Shown here one piece after another: positions 21,823-32,272 of a stretch of DNA of 64,000 bases. The position numbers were made by a program, and so were the translations under genes. The stretch comes from an uncultured Planctomycetota bacterium (GTDB taxonomy: Bacteria > Planctomycetota > Planctomycetia > Pirellulales > Lacipirellulaceae), in contig CAVRBU010000001.1 in the NCBI GenBank assembly GCA_963719315.1, positions 480,001 through 544,000 of the forward strand. Direction: 5' to 3'. A model generated the notes under the pieces. It was given only the letters and a program-made list of their open reading frames with translations, ran no database searches and was not told the DNA's origin. How positions within the stretch are numbered: the stretch's first letter is position 1; every line of letters starts with the position of its first letter.

Positions 21823-22935
21823 ATGGCCAACTCCCTAGACGACGCCCAACGCCATGCCCGCGCCGCCCTGGATGGCTACGTCGCCGAAACGGTTGCTTGG
21901 CACTTTCACGAATCGACGGGCTGCCCGTTCTGGTTGGATTTCAAACGAAAACTGAATTTCGACCCGCTCAGAGAGGTGCGATCGTTTGAGGATTTACGGA
22001 AGTTTCCGCCGTTTGAAGACGAATGGCTTCGCGGTGGGCCGGTACGGAGGTGGGTTCCCAAGGGGTTGGCCGACAAGCCCGTTTACGTTTTCGAAACGGG
22101 CGGCACGACCGGTGTCCCGAAGAGCCGTGTCGCCGTCGAGGATTTCCGGACCGACTATTCGCTGTTCAGCGACACCTTGCCGGGGAAGTATTTTCCACGC
22201 GGCGCAAATTGGTTGATGCTCGGCCCGTCCGGACCGCGGCGTCTGCGGCTGGCAGTTGAACATCTGGCCCAACATCGCGGCGGTGTTTGCTTCTGCATCG
22301 ACCTCGATCCACGGTGGGTCATCAAACTAATCAAAAAAGGCTGGATCGAGCAACTCGAAGCGTATAAGCAACACTGCATCGATCAGGCGCTGACCATTCT
22401 CGGCGCGGGGCACGACGTCAAATGCATGTTCGGAACGCCGAAGCTGATCGAAGCGCTGTGCTTGGCGCTGGAAGAGCGCGGCAGCAGCCTCAAGGAAACC
22501 GGCATCACCGGCATTTTCTCCGGCGGCACGGAATTCACCCCGCAATGGACACGATTCTGCATCGAGGAACTTTTCGGCGGTCCACCCGAAGTCAGCGGCA
22601 TCTACATGACGCCCACTTACGGTAACACCCTCATGGGTCTGGCGTGCTCGAAACCTGTCACCGCCGCCGAGGGCTATAAGATCAGCTACTATGCGCCGCA
22701 GCCGCGCGCAGTGGTCGAGGTCGTCGACTTCGACGACACGAACCGCGTCGTCGGTTACGGCGAAACGGGCCGCGCCAAACTTACGACGCTCACCAAGGAA
22801 TTTTTCATGCCCGGCTTCCTCGAACGCGACGAAGGCGAACGCGAACCACCCTGCGACCAATTCCCCTGGGACGGCATCAGCGGCACCCGCCCCTTCCGCC
22901 TCTTGGCCGAAGCGACGACCGTGGGCGTATACTGA
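21823..22935 (+). CDS. EhpF/GriC-like adenylate-forming enzyme
   Basis: WHF..TG.PFWL, ETGGTTG.PK, IDLDPRWV, GGTE, ERD and C-terminal VGVY match my recollection of EhpF. Confidence 0.8.
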   Translation: MANSLDDAQRHARAALDGYVAETVAWHFHESTGCPFWLDFKRKLNFDPLREVRSFEDLRKFPPFEDEWLRGGPVRRWVPKGLADKPVYVFETGGTTGVPKSRVAVEDFRTDYSLFSDTLPGKYFPRGANWLMLGPSGPRRLRLAVEHLAQHRGGVCFCIDLDPRWVIKLIKKGWIEQLEAYKQHCIDQALTILGAGHDVKCMFGTPKLIEALCLALEERGSSLKETGITGIFSGGTEFTPQWTRFCIEELFGGPPEVSGIYMTPTYGNTLMGLACSKPVTAAEGYKISYYAPQPRAVVEVVDFDDTNRVVGYGETGRAKLTTLTKEFFMPGFLERDEGEREPPCDQFPWDGISGTRPFRLLAEATTVGVY

Positions 22936-22953
22936 AGTAGGTGGGACGATACA

Positions 22954-23142
22954 TTGAAAGTTCGTGAAGTCCTACGTCAACTGAGAGATGATGGTTGGTC
23001 GATTGTTCGACAACGCGGTAGTCACCGACAACTTCAACACGCAACGAAGGTTGGAACTGTCACGGTCGCCGGCAAGCCGGGTGATGAACTTCATCCGAAA
23101 ACGGCGGCATCGATTCTGAAACAAGCCGGTCTTTCAACCTAA
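22954..23142 (+). CDS. hicA: HicA-family toxin
   Basis: 62 aa with RQRGSHRQ and G.VTV..KPG motifs, ending ILKQAGL. Confidence 0.88.
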   Translation: MKVREVLRQLRDDGWSIVRQRGSHRQLQHATKVGTVTVAGKPGDELHPKTAASILKQAGLST

Positions 23143-23167
23143 TTTGCCGCCTGCACGATACAACCAA

Positions 23168-23440
23168 ATGCGATATCTCGTAATGATTCGTCGAACTGGT
23201 ACTGGTTACAGCGTCGATGTTCCCGATCTGCCCGGATGTGTGGCAACCGGTACGACAGTGGAGCACGCACGGCAAATGATCGCCGAAGCTATTGAAATGC
23301 ATCTGGATCTGATGCAACAGTCGGGACAGCCCACGTCTATGCCCAAGTCTACTGTGGAGTTTTCGGTTGGCGATGACTCAGTCGAGGAACTTTGCACTTG
23401 GGTTGAGGTGGAAGCACACATGCCCGTCGCACCAACTTAG
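23168..23440 (+). CDS. hicB: HicB-family antitoxin
   Basis: VPDLPGCVATG.T.E.A motif; directly after hicA. Confidence 0.88.
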   Translation: MRYLVMIRRTGTGYSVDVPDLPGCVATGTTVEHARQMIAEAIEMHLDLMQQSGQPTSMPKSTVEFSVGDDSVEELCTWVEVEAHMPVAPT

Positions 23441-23452
23441 CTTCGCATTACA

Positions 23453-24867
23453 ATGTTGAATCTTCCCGTCATCCGCTGGGGTCAGCCCTACGACTCGCTG
23501 GAAGTTGCCGAGGTAAATCACTTCGCGACCGGCGAGCCGATCGCCAAAGTCTGCCAAGCCGGCGGCGGAATCATCAAGCGCGATATGCGCCAGCGCAGCG
23601 CGCACGCGATGTGTTGCTCGGTTTTTCGAGCGATGAGTTGGTTGCCATGCTGGGCAAGGCGGCCAACCTCTACGAGCTTGGCACGCTGCCAATGGGCGAC
23701 GGCACGCAGTCGCCCGACGATTTCGTGCATCAACAATCCGCCAGCACGGGCCTGCCGGAGCACATGTGCCGCGCCAACATGGCGAAAAACTCGTTCGTGC
23801 TCAAGAACATGGCCAAAATTCTGGAGTGCCTTACCCGCGGTTTGGACTTGAAGATACTTAGCCGCGGATTCGGCGAAGAGGGCCGCGGCGTCGTGGTGAG
23901 CTACCAGGCCCAATCCCCGGTGCTCGCGGCCGTGTTGCCATCGAATTCGCCCGGCGTGCACACCTTGTGGTTGCCGGTGATCGCACTACAAATGGGACTC
24001 GTGCTCAAGCCCGGTCCGCAAGAGCCCTGGACTCCCTACCGCATTTTCGCCGCGTTCACCGAAGCCGGCGTGCCGCGCGAAGCATTCTCCCTCTACCCGG
24101 GCGAAGCGGAAGCAGGCGCTGCGGTCCTAGATGCCTGCGACCGCGCGATGATCTTCGGCGGCACGGCCACCGTCGATCGCTATCGCGGCAATCCCAAAGT
24201 CCAGGCACATGGGCCCGGATTCTCGAAGATCCTGCTCGGCGACGACATCGTCGATCGTTGGCCCGATTACATCGACCTGATGGTCGAAAGCATCTATCTC
24301 AATAGTGGCCGCGGCTGCATCAATTGCTCGGGCGTCTGGGCTTCGCGCCATACGCGAGAAATCGCCGAAGCTCTTGCGACTCGGCTGGGCCCCATCGAAG
24401 CGCTTCCGCCAACGGACCCGAAGGCCGGCGTCGCGGCGTTCACGGTTCCCGGCATGGGAGCCGCCGTGTGGAAGCAAATCGAACAGGACTTGCAGACACC
24501 CGGCGTCACGCACTTGACCAAAAAATACGGCCCACGACTCGTCGAACAAGAACGCGCCAGCTACCTGCTGCCGACGATCATCCACGCGCCCTCGCCCGCA
24601 GCCCCGGTCGCCCAGAAAGAATACATGTTCCCCTTCGCGGCCGTTGTTGAGTGCCCTCAATCGGACATGCTCCAACGAATCGGCCCGACGCTGGTCGGCA
24701 CCGTAATCACGAACGACGAAGCATTTCGCGCCGCTGCCACGAACGCCACTCACATCGACCGACTCAACCTCGGGCCGATCCCCACCACGAAATTGAATTG
24801 GCTCCAACCGCACGAAGGAAATCTCATCGATTTCCTGTTCCGCAGCCGGGCGCTACAAGTGAGTTGA
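23453..24867 (+). CDS. aldehyde dehydrogenase family protein (GriD/EhpG-like); frameshift near 23593
   Basis: LPSNSPG, LKPG, FGG, NSGRGCIN and KEYMFP motifs; N-terminus lies in ORF 23453..23851. Confidence 0.85.
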
Positions 24868-24924
24868 TCGAACGAAGCTTCTCGGCGCCGCCCATCCAAC
24901 CGCCTTCCCTCGCCGCAATTTTTC

Positions 24925-26076
24925 ATGCTGCCATTCGACTTTCAATGTCCGACGCGGATCGTATTTGGTCCCGGTAAGTTGACGGAGCTTGGGCAACTCG
25001 CTGCCGATCTTGGCGCAAAACGCGTCTTGTTGGTTACCGACCCGGGCATCATCGCCGCAGGACACACACCGCGCGGCATCACGTCGCTCGAACTGGAAGG
25101 GCTAACCGTCTCGCTGTTTGATGGCGTCGAAGAAAACCCGACGACGGAACACGTCGACGCCGGCCTTGCCGCCGCCAAACAATCGCGGCCCGATTTGATC
25201 GTCGGCCTCGGCGGCGGCAGTTCCATGGACTGCGCTAAGGGCATTAACTTCCTCTACTCCTGTGGAGGGCGAATGCAGGACTACTGGGGCGAAGGCAAGG
25301 CGACTGCCCCTCTGCTGCCCATGATTGCCGTCCCGACCACCGCCGGCACGGGTAGCGAAACTCAATCGTACGCACTTGTGGCCGATGCCCAGACGCACGT
25401 GAAAATGGCGTGCGGCGATAAGCGGGCCTCCTTCCGCGCAGCGATTCTCGACCCGGAGCTGACGCTCACTCAGCCGCCACGCGTGACGGCTCTCACAGGC
25501 ATCGACGCGCTCGCCCACGCGATCGAGAGTTATGTGACTAAGCGGCGCAATTTTTTGTCGCTCACATTCAGTCGCGAAGCCTGGCGGAATCTCGCGCCCA
25601 ACATCGGCCGGGTGCTGACCGAGCCCGGAGACATTTCTGCCCGCGGAGCCATGCAGCTCGGCGCCTGTCTCGGTGGACTCGCGATCGAAAACTCGATGCT
25701 GGGCGCCGCTCATGCGCTGGCCAATCCGCTGACGGCTAACTACGGGATCACCCACGGCGAGGCGATCTCGCTCATGTTGCCGCATGTCATCCGCCACAAT
25801 GGCCGGCAGGTCGAAGCCTGGTATCGCGAATTAGTGTCCTCCGTGCCGTCGACGGTTTTCCCAGTGCAAGTGCACAGTGCAACCGATGCGCTGGCGAAGT
25901 TCGTGCGGCACGTTACACGTCAGGCCGGGCTAGCTGCTACAATCAAGGAGTGCGATGTTCCGCGCGACGATCTGCCCCAGCTGGCTACTGCCGCTGCTCA
26001 CCAATGGACGGGTAATTTTAATCCAGTCGATCTTTCGACGGACGACTACCTCAAGCTGTATGAAGCCGCATATTAA
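24925..26076 (+). CDS. iron-containing alcohol dehydrogenase
   Basis: GGGSSMDCAK, PTTAGTGSE, DALAH, AHALAN and HG motifs. Confidence 0.93.
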   Translation: MLPFDFQCPTRIVFGPGKLTELGQLAADLGAKRVLLVTDPGIIAAGHTPRGITSLELEGLTVSLFDGVEENPTTEHVDAGLAAAKQSRPDLIVGLGGGSSMDCAKGINFLYSCGGRMQDYWGEGKATAPLLPMIAVPTTAGTGSETQSYALVADAQTHVKMACGDKRASFRAAILDPELTLTQPPRVTALTGIDALAHAIESYVTKRRNFLSLTFSREAWRNLAPNIGRVLTEPGDISARGAMQLGACLGGLAIENSMLGAAHALANPLTANYGITHGEAISLMLPHVIRHNGRQVEAWYRELVSSVPSTVFPVQVHSATDALAKFVRHVTRQAGLAATIKECDVPRDDLPQLATAAAHQWTGNFNPVDLSTDDYLKLYEAAY

Positions 26077-27244
26077 ATGGCGTCTAGCGCTGGTTCTTGT
26101 AGGGTCGATAGTTGGCTCGCAGGCCGACATTCGCGCCGATGACTGGCCGCTGGTTCGCGGCAACGTCCTCGGCACCGGCGTCGCCCACGGTTCACTCCCC
26201 GACGCGCCGGAGCTGCTTTGGAAATACTCCGCGGACAAAGACGCCGGCTTCGACGCGACGGCCGTCATCGCCGATGGAGTGATATACCTCGGCGACAACG
26301 CCGGCACGTTCCACGCCGTCCGACTGGCGGACGGAACGAAACTCTGGAAAAAGGTATTTGCGGATAGCGGTTTCGGCGCCGGCGCGGCTGTGGAAAATGG
26401 CCGACTTTATGTCGGTGACATGAACGGCGCCATGTATTGCCTGGCTACGGCCGATGGAAAGGAGCTCTGGAGCAAGAAGCTTGAAGGCGAAGTGTATGCG
26501 GCGCCCAGCATCAATGGCGACAACGTCCTCTTCACTTGTGAAGCCGGCACGCTGAGCTGCCGCAACAAACAAGATGGCAGTGAACGCTGGCAGTTTCGCA
26601 TCGAAGCGCCGCTACGCTGCACGCCCACGATTTCCGGTGGCCGGGCAGCCCTCGCCGGCTGCGATAGCCACTTGCACTTGATCAACGTCGCCGATGGGAA
26701 GGAGACGGACGCCGTCGAAATCGACGCTCCGACCGGCTCCACGCCGGCCATGCGCGACCAGCGCGTGTACTTCGGCACCGAAGGCGGCACGTTCTACGCG
26801 ATCGATACCCCCACGACCGGCGACAAAAAGCCGACGGTTGCCTGGACCTATCACGACCAGCAAAGAAATCAACCGATCCGCGCAGCGGCAGCCGTGGGCG
26901 AGAACATTGTCGTTTACGGCAGTCAAGGAAAAGCTCTCTACGGCCTCAACCCGGCAAACGGCGAGGAAATCTGGAAGCTGCCCACCAGAGCCCGCATCGA
27001 AAGCTCACCCGTGATTGCCGGCAACCGAGTGGTCGCCGCCACCACAGCGGGCAAACTCTACCTGCTTGATGTTACGAACGGCGAGGTCAAATGGGAATAC
27101 GACGCCGGCGGCGGCTTCGTCGCTTCGCCGGCAGTCGTCGATGGCAAAGTTATCCTCGGCAACACGGATGGAACACTGTATTGTTTTGGCTCCAAGCAGG
27201 GCAATGCAAATGAATTAACCACGAAGAACACAAAGAAGAAATGA
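26060..27244 (+). CDS. secreted PQQ-like beta-propeller protein
   Basis: DWP..RG start; repeated G...W blade motifs. Confidence 0.88.
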   Translation: MKPHIKWRLALVLVGSIVGSQADIRADDWPLVRGNVLGTGVAHGSLPDAPELLWKYSADKDAGFDATAVIADGVIYLGDNAGTFHAVRLADGTKLWKKVFADSGFGAGAAVENGRLYVGDMNGAMYCLATADGKELWSKKLEGEVYAAPSINGDNVLFTCEAGTLSCRNKQDGSERWQFRIEAPLRCTPTISGGRAALAGCDSHLHLINVADGKETDAVEIDAPTGSTPAMRDQRVYFGTEGGTFYAIDTPTTGDKKPTVAWTYHDQQRNQPIRAAAAVGENIVVYGSQGKALYGLNPANGEEIWKLPTRARIESSPVIAGNRVVAATTAGKLYLLDVTNGEVKWEYDAGGGFVASPAVVDGKVILGNTDGTLYCFGSKQGNANELTTKNTKKK

Positions 27245-27521
27245 TGGTGAAGTTCGAAATAGGACCAAGCGCGAATGAACAATTACTGTAGCTCCAGGTT
27301 CAGACAATCAAGGGCAGGAACACTAATCTTCGCTAATTATCACTGATTCGGAATTAGAGGAAATTAGTGAGAATTAGCGTTCCTCGGTAATTCATTTTTA
27401 CGTCAGTCTCGAAACTTGGAAGTACTGAATCAAGGACTGCCGCGATTCAACTTTAGTATCCCCTCTTCTCTACTCAATAATTCGTCCCCCTTCGTGCCCT
27501 TCGTGTCAAATAAAACCAGCA

Positions 27522-28832
27522 ATGTCCACCAGCACCTCAAAAACCGAAGTTGGCAGTTACTTCATCAGTAACTACCCCCCCTTCTCTGCCTGGTCACCCG
27601 ACGAGTTGGGCGGCGTCCGCGGCGCGATGAGCGCCCCGCCTGCCGACGTGCCGCTGGGGCTTTATCTACACATTCCGTTCTGCCGCAAACGGTGCAAATT
27701 CTGCTACTTCAAAGTCTTCATCGATAAAAACTCGGCCGAGGTGGAACGATACCTGGCGGCCCTCTCGCGCGAAATTGAACTGGTAAGCAAGCTGCCCATA
27801 ATGGGCGGCCGCCCTTTTCGGTTCGTCTATTTCGGCGGTGGCACGCCGTCGTTTCTCAGTTCGCGGCAACTCGAGCGGCTCGTCGATCGGCTCCGTGCCA
27901 ACGTCTCGTGGGATGCGGCCGAAGAGGTGACGTTTGAATGCGAGCCGGGCACCCTCTCCGAAGCCAAAGTCCATACGCTTCGCAACATCGGCGTCACGCG
28001 GCTGAGCCTCGGCGTCGAACATTTTGATGACGACATCCTCCGAGACAACGGCCGTGCCCACGAATCGCCCGAAATCTACAAAGCCTGGCCCTGGATCCAA
28101 TCCGCCGGCTTCGCGAACACGAATATCGATCTGATCTCCGGCATGGTCGGGGAATCATGGGACAAATGGCGTGAAACCGTCCGCCGTGCCATCGATCTCG
28201 ATGCCGACAGCGTGACGATCTACCAGATGGAGTTGCCGTTCAACACGGTCTACTCGAAAGACATTTTGGGCGGCGTCATCGAATCCCCCGTCGCCGATTG
28301 GGCCATCAAACGCGCCTGGGTCGACTACGCCTTCAACGCACTCGCCACAGCCGGGTACAGCGTCTCCAGTGCGTACACGATGGTCAAGAATCCCGACCGC
28401 GTTAATTTCAGCTACCGCGACAATCTCTGGCAAGGCAGCGACCTGCTCGCGACCGGCATCGCCAGTTTTGGCCATATTTCGGGCGTCCACTATCAAAACC
28501 AGCCTGAGTGGGAGCAGTACTGCGGCACGCTCGAAGCGGGCGTGCTGCCCCTTTCGCGCGGTCTAGAACTCTCCCAGCATCAGAGGCTCATTCGCGAAAT
28601 GATTCTGCAACTCAAACGCGGCTACCTGAACGTCGCGTATTTCCGCAACAAGTTTGGCGTCGACGTACTCGAGCAATGGCCCGAAGTGTGGGAAGACTAC
28701 GAGCGCGAAGAGTACTGTTCGGTGGACCAGGAAGCCGGCCGCATTCAACTAACCCGCGACGGCTTGTTGCAAGTCGACTCGCTCCTGCCGGCGTTCTTTG
28801 AGCCGCAGTTCCAAGGCGTGCGGTACACCTAA
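27522..28832 (+). CDS. HemN-like (class C) radical SAM enzyme
   Basis: LYLHIPFCRKRCKFC, YFGGGTPS and RLSLGV motifs. Confidence 0.9.
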   Translation: MSTSTSKTEVGSYFISNYPPFSAWSPDELGGVRGAMSAPPADVPLGLYLHIPFCRKRCKFCYFKVFIDKNSAEVERYLAALSREIELVSKLPIMGGRPFRFVYFGGGTPSFLSSRQLERLVDRLRANVSWDAAEEVTFECEPGTLSEAKVHTLRNIGVTRLSLGVEHFDDDILRDNGRAHESPEIYKAWPWIQSAGFANTNIDLISGMVGESWDKWRETVRRAIDLDADSVTIYQMELPFNTVYSKDILGGVIESPVADWAIKRAWVDYAFNALATAGYSVSSAYTMVKNPDRVNFSYRDNLWQGSDLLATGIASFGHISGVHYQNQPEWEQYCGTLEAGVLPLSRGLELSQHQRLIREMILQLKRGYLNVAYFRNKFGVDVLEQWPEVWEDYEREEYCSVDQEAGRIQLTRDGLLQVDSLLPAFFEPQFQGVRYT

Positions 28833-28855
28833 TGCCGAGGTTGTCCCCGCCCGAA

Positions 28856-29467
28856 TCAAAGAAGCCACGTCTTCCCATCGTATCGACGCACTTCAATCTC
28901 GGGACGATTCTGGTCTCCAGTTAGCCGGAACTTCAGGGGTAGGACCTCGCTGCTCAGCAATTGGCTCGCCGGGATATTTGAAATACCGACCGATTTAAGT
29001 TCTCCATCACTCAATCGCAGAAGTTCCAAGCTCCACGGATCGCGATCGACAAAGAGTAATTCCCGAGTTTCGACCTTTCCATAGAATGGGATCTTATCCC
29101 GTGTTAGGTCGTCATCGCTAACGATTTCGACCGCCAAATCCGGGCCTCCGCACCAGTGCGTGTCGCAATTCTTTGCTCGCGTGCCAGCATGGTAGACTAC
29201 AACGTCCGGACACCGGTAATTGTGTTGCCAGCCTTTTTCGCGGTCGCTGACAATCGCACCTGGCAAAACAATATCTTCGCTATCCCACCCCATTGGCTCT
29301 TGAAATATCACGGCCAAACGATTAACGATGTCCTGATGCTCATTATTCGGCAGCGGCGCCATCATGTACGTGCCCTCCCAGACTTCGTCCCAACGGTCCG
29401 AACCAGCGGCTTTGCGTTCCTCGCGCAACCGCAGCGCTAACTGATGGTCCATGATAACCGTCGCCAT
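28856..29467 (-). CDS. Uma2/DUF820 family putative endonuclease
   Basis: EVWEG..MAP.P..EHQ, PD and PDLAVEIVS motifs. Confidence 0.88.
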   Translation of the reverse strand: MATVIMDHQLALRLREERKAAGSDRWDEVWEGTYMMAPLPNNEHQDIVNRLAVIFQEPMGWDSEDIVLPGAIVSDREKGWQHNYRCPDVVVYHAGTRAKNCDTHWCGGPDLAVEIVSDDDLTRDKIPFYGKVETRELLFVDRDPWSLELLRLSDGELKSVGISNIPASQLLSSEVLPLKFRLTGDQNRPEIEVRRYDGKTWLL

Positions 29468-29547
29468 GATGCTGCTCCCGAAGCAATGATTCACAACGCA
29501 TTATAGGTTGTGCGCGGAACCGTCTCAACGCAGCTACCAAATCCAGC

Positions 29548-31150
29548 TCAAACTGGCGCCGCCGGCGCTTCGTACGTCCGCGACGCACGGCTTTCGGCCG
29601 GATCAATCGCGCCTTCCACCTCCGCATTGGCGAGTGCTATCTGATAGAGTTGCTGGCCGTGAGTCGTCGGATAGTGGCCGGTGAGGCACGCGCGACACAG
29701 GTCGTCCGCCGGGCGATCGAGCGCCCGAGCGATGGAATCGATAGGTAGATACCGCAATGAATCGGCGCCCAATTCCCGAGCCATCTCGGCGAATGCCTCT
29801 TCTCGCGGCCGGCCATTTTCCATGAACCGCGGCGCGAAAAGTTCAGAAACCGTGGACATATCGATCCCATAAAAACAGGGTGCGATGATTGGCGGGCAGG
29901 CTACGCGAACGTGGATCTCACGCGCCCGTCCAACCTTCCGCATCCGCGAGATCAGAACCCGCATCGTCGTCGAACGGACGATCGAATCCTCGACCAATAG
30001 CACTCGCTTGCCTTCCAGCACTTCGCGCAGCGGCGTGTACTTAGCGGCCGCCTTGTTGGCTCGCGTGCCGGTGCCTTCAATGAATGTGCGGCCCGAGTAG
30101 CGATTGCGAATCAGCCCTTCGGCGCTCGGCACGCCCAGGCGGTAGGCCATGGCGTCGGCGGCGCACTTACTCGTATCCGGAACCGGCACGACGATCGTGT
30201 TTTCGTCGATCGGCACATTTTCCAGCCGCGCCAACTCCTCGCCCAGCGACTTGCGTGCGACGTACACGCTGCGGCTATCCAGCGTACTTGCGACGTTGGC
30301 AAAGTAAATCCATTCGAAGAAACAGTGTGCCCGCCGCGGGCATTCCGCAAATCGCTCGATGTTGATCCGATTGTCGCTGACCGAGATCATGTGACCCGGC
30401 TCCAGCGAGCGGATGCTCTTGTGCGAGAAGCCGAGGTTCAGCAATGCTACGCTCTCGCTGGCCGCGGCCAGCAGCGGGCCTTCGATCGCATAACAGAGCG
30501 GGCGAAATCCCCACGGGTCGCGCGCAATCGCCATTTCACCTCAGCGCGTTCAGCAGCACGAGGCAATACGCGCCGTCGAACCGCTTGGCAACGCTCCGCA
30601 TCACTTCGACCAGCGACGGCCGACGATCGCCCGACAACTCGCGGCTGATCTCGTGCATGATGATTTCGGTGTCGGTATCGCGCGACAGGTGGTGGTCATC
30701 GTCCGCCAGAAGCTTGTCGCGAAGTTCCGCATAGTTCGCCAATTGGCCATTGAACGCGAAGCTGAACCATTTGTGTTTTTGCAAATGATGCCGTTCGAAT
30801 GGCTGTGCGTAGTTCAGATCGTCCTGCCCGCAGGTGGCATAGCGAACGTGGCCGATTGCAGCCCGGCCGACGCACCGCTCCATGATGCTCTCCGCCTTGC
30901 CGCGGTGGCTGAGGCGAAAAACCTCGCTGACGCTGCCGAGCCCGCGGTACGTTTCTAGCAATTGCTTGCGTCCCGGGTGGTAGCTCGTCATGCCGGCCGA
31001 AAGCTGGCCGCGGTTTTGGACATCCAGCAAAATTCGCGGAACCAAGCGCGAAACCTGTTCCGGCCCTTGCGTCGGGCACAGCGGGCTCACGGTATCGCCC
31101 GCCAAATGATATACGGCGGCCAGCCCGCACTCGTGATGAAGTTCGCTCAT
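29548..31150 (-). CDS. purF: amidophosphoribosyltransferase; frameshift near 30540
   Basis: [34 protein letters not shown] and [10 protein letters not shown] motifs. Confidence 0.93.
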
Positions 31151-31303
31151 GAAGGGATGATACGTGACGCCGCCCCGCCGGAAATGACGCCCCAAGGACC
31201 GGCGCGTCGCCAACCACCCAATTCTAGGGCGAGCGATCGATTCCCTCAACCGGCCGGTATCGGAGGTGGTGTCCTAATTTGGCACCGTTCGGACCGGAAC
31301 TAT

Positions 31304-31354
31304 GTAGCACGGACTTCAGTCCGTACGAGAATCACGGACTGAAGTCCGTGCAAC
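31304..31354. repeat. GTAG-type REP doublet
   Basis: GTAGCACGGACTTCAGTCCGT...ACGGACTGAAGTCCGTGCAAC. Confidence 0.75.
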
Positions 31355-31427
31355 AAGCTTGTTGTGCCGCAAATTAGGACACTACCGAATCGGACGGTTC
31401 GAAAAATTGGTGCGGCCGTATAAAGGG

Positions 31428-31922
31428 CTACCGTGCGGGCAATGGCTCCGATGTCTGTTCCGCTTGCTCCTCGCTCGGCTCCAACGCCAGCACGCGCAGC
31501 CGAGCTTCGTACACTTCTGCCGCCAGTGCGTTAAAGTCGTCCGAGTGGAACCTTATCAAGGCATTTCGCTCGGCCAGCAAGTTGTCGAGTCCCAACTCGG
31601 TCTCCCTAATGCACATCTGCAAACTGCGGACCGTGATGGGAAACGGCTCCCCGATGGAAAACTGTGTAAACGGGCGGAACTCGTGCAACTGAGTATTGAG
31701 GTTCTTGAGTTTCATGCGTGTTAGTTCAATCGCCGCATCCAGGTTACGGCGCTGTCGAGGGTACTCGAATTGCCAATAGTACCGTAGATTGTTTTTCGCC
31801 TGCTCCAAATCGCGACGAACGGCCAACCGAGCTTGCAACGAGGGCTCTTGCTGAGCGAAAGCCGCGGTCGTCGAAAGAACGGCAGCGAGCGTTAAAAATA
31901 ATGCGGCGGGGGAGAATCGCAT
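31428..31922 (-). CDS. secreted helical hypothetical protein
   Basis: signal peptide ending AFA. Confidence 0.65.
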   Translation of the reverse strand: MRFSPAALFLTLAAVLSTTAAFAQQEPSLQARLAVRRDLEQAKNNLRYYWQFEYPRQRRNLDAAIELTRMKLKNLNTQLHEFRPFTQFSIGEPFPITVRSLQMCIRETELGLDNLLAERNALIRFHSDDFNALAAEVYEARLRVLALEPSEEQAEQTSEPLPAR

Positions 31923-32134
31923 CCGGGGCCTCCGGTGGAGGGAGAAAAGCGGGAAGACAAGGGGCGCAGCACAATGGGCTAGCGGCCTTGACCGATTTCC
32001 AGCGTAATTAGCCCACTGAAGACCCGCCAATTTGTGTGGCGTTTACGCAACACGACGCACGGCGTCGTCAGCGCGCCACCCCCCTAGAAGCGACACAATC
32101 GGCGCAGACCAGCGCCAAGCGAGGTCTTCACTCG

Positions 32135-32272
32135 CTCGTGGCCTGTCACGAGAGCGACGATGGGTGGCACGCCTCCGCTGCGGCGGCGTAGGCATGATTT
32201 CGCCCGATACATGCTCACCCTCGGCAACGGGAGAGAACGTCACCCATCAATGGAACGGGGGCAGACCACTAA
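32135..32272. repeat. 138-bp MITE-like element, family A, second copy; overlaps the P450 stop codon
   Basis: colinear with 10655-10792; shares GGCGTAGGCATGATTTCGCCCG..CATGCTCACCC. Confidence 0.8.

Noticed and set aside
27522..28832. Naming the radical SAM gene hemN or hemW
   Set aside because: The family motifs are shared by many class C enzymes and the context is not heme biosynthesis, so no symbol was assigned.
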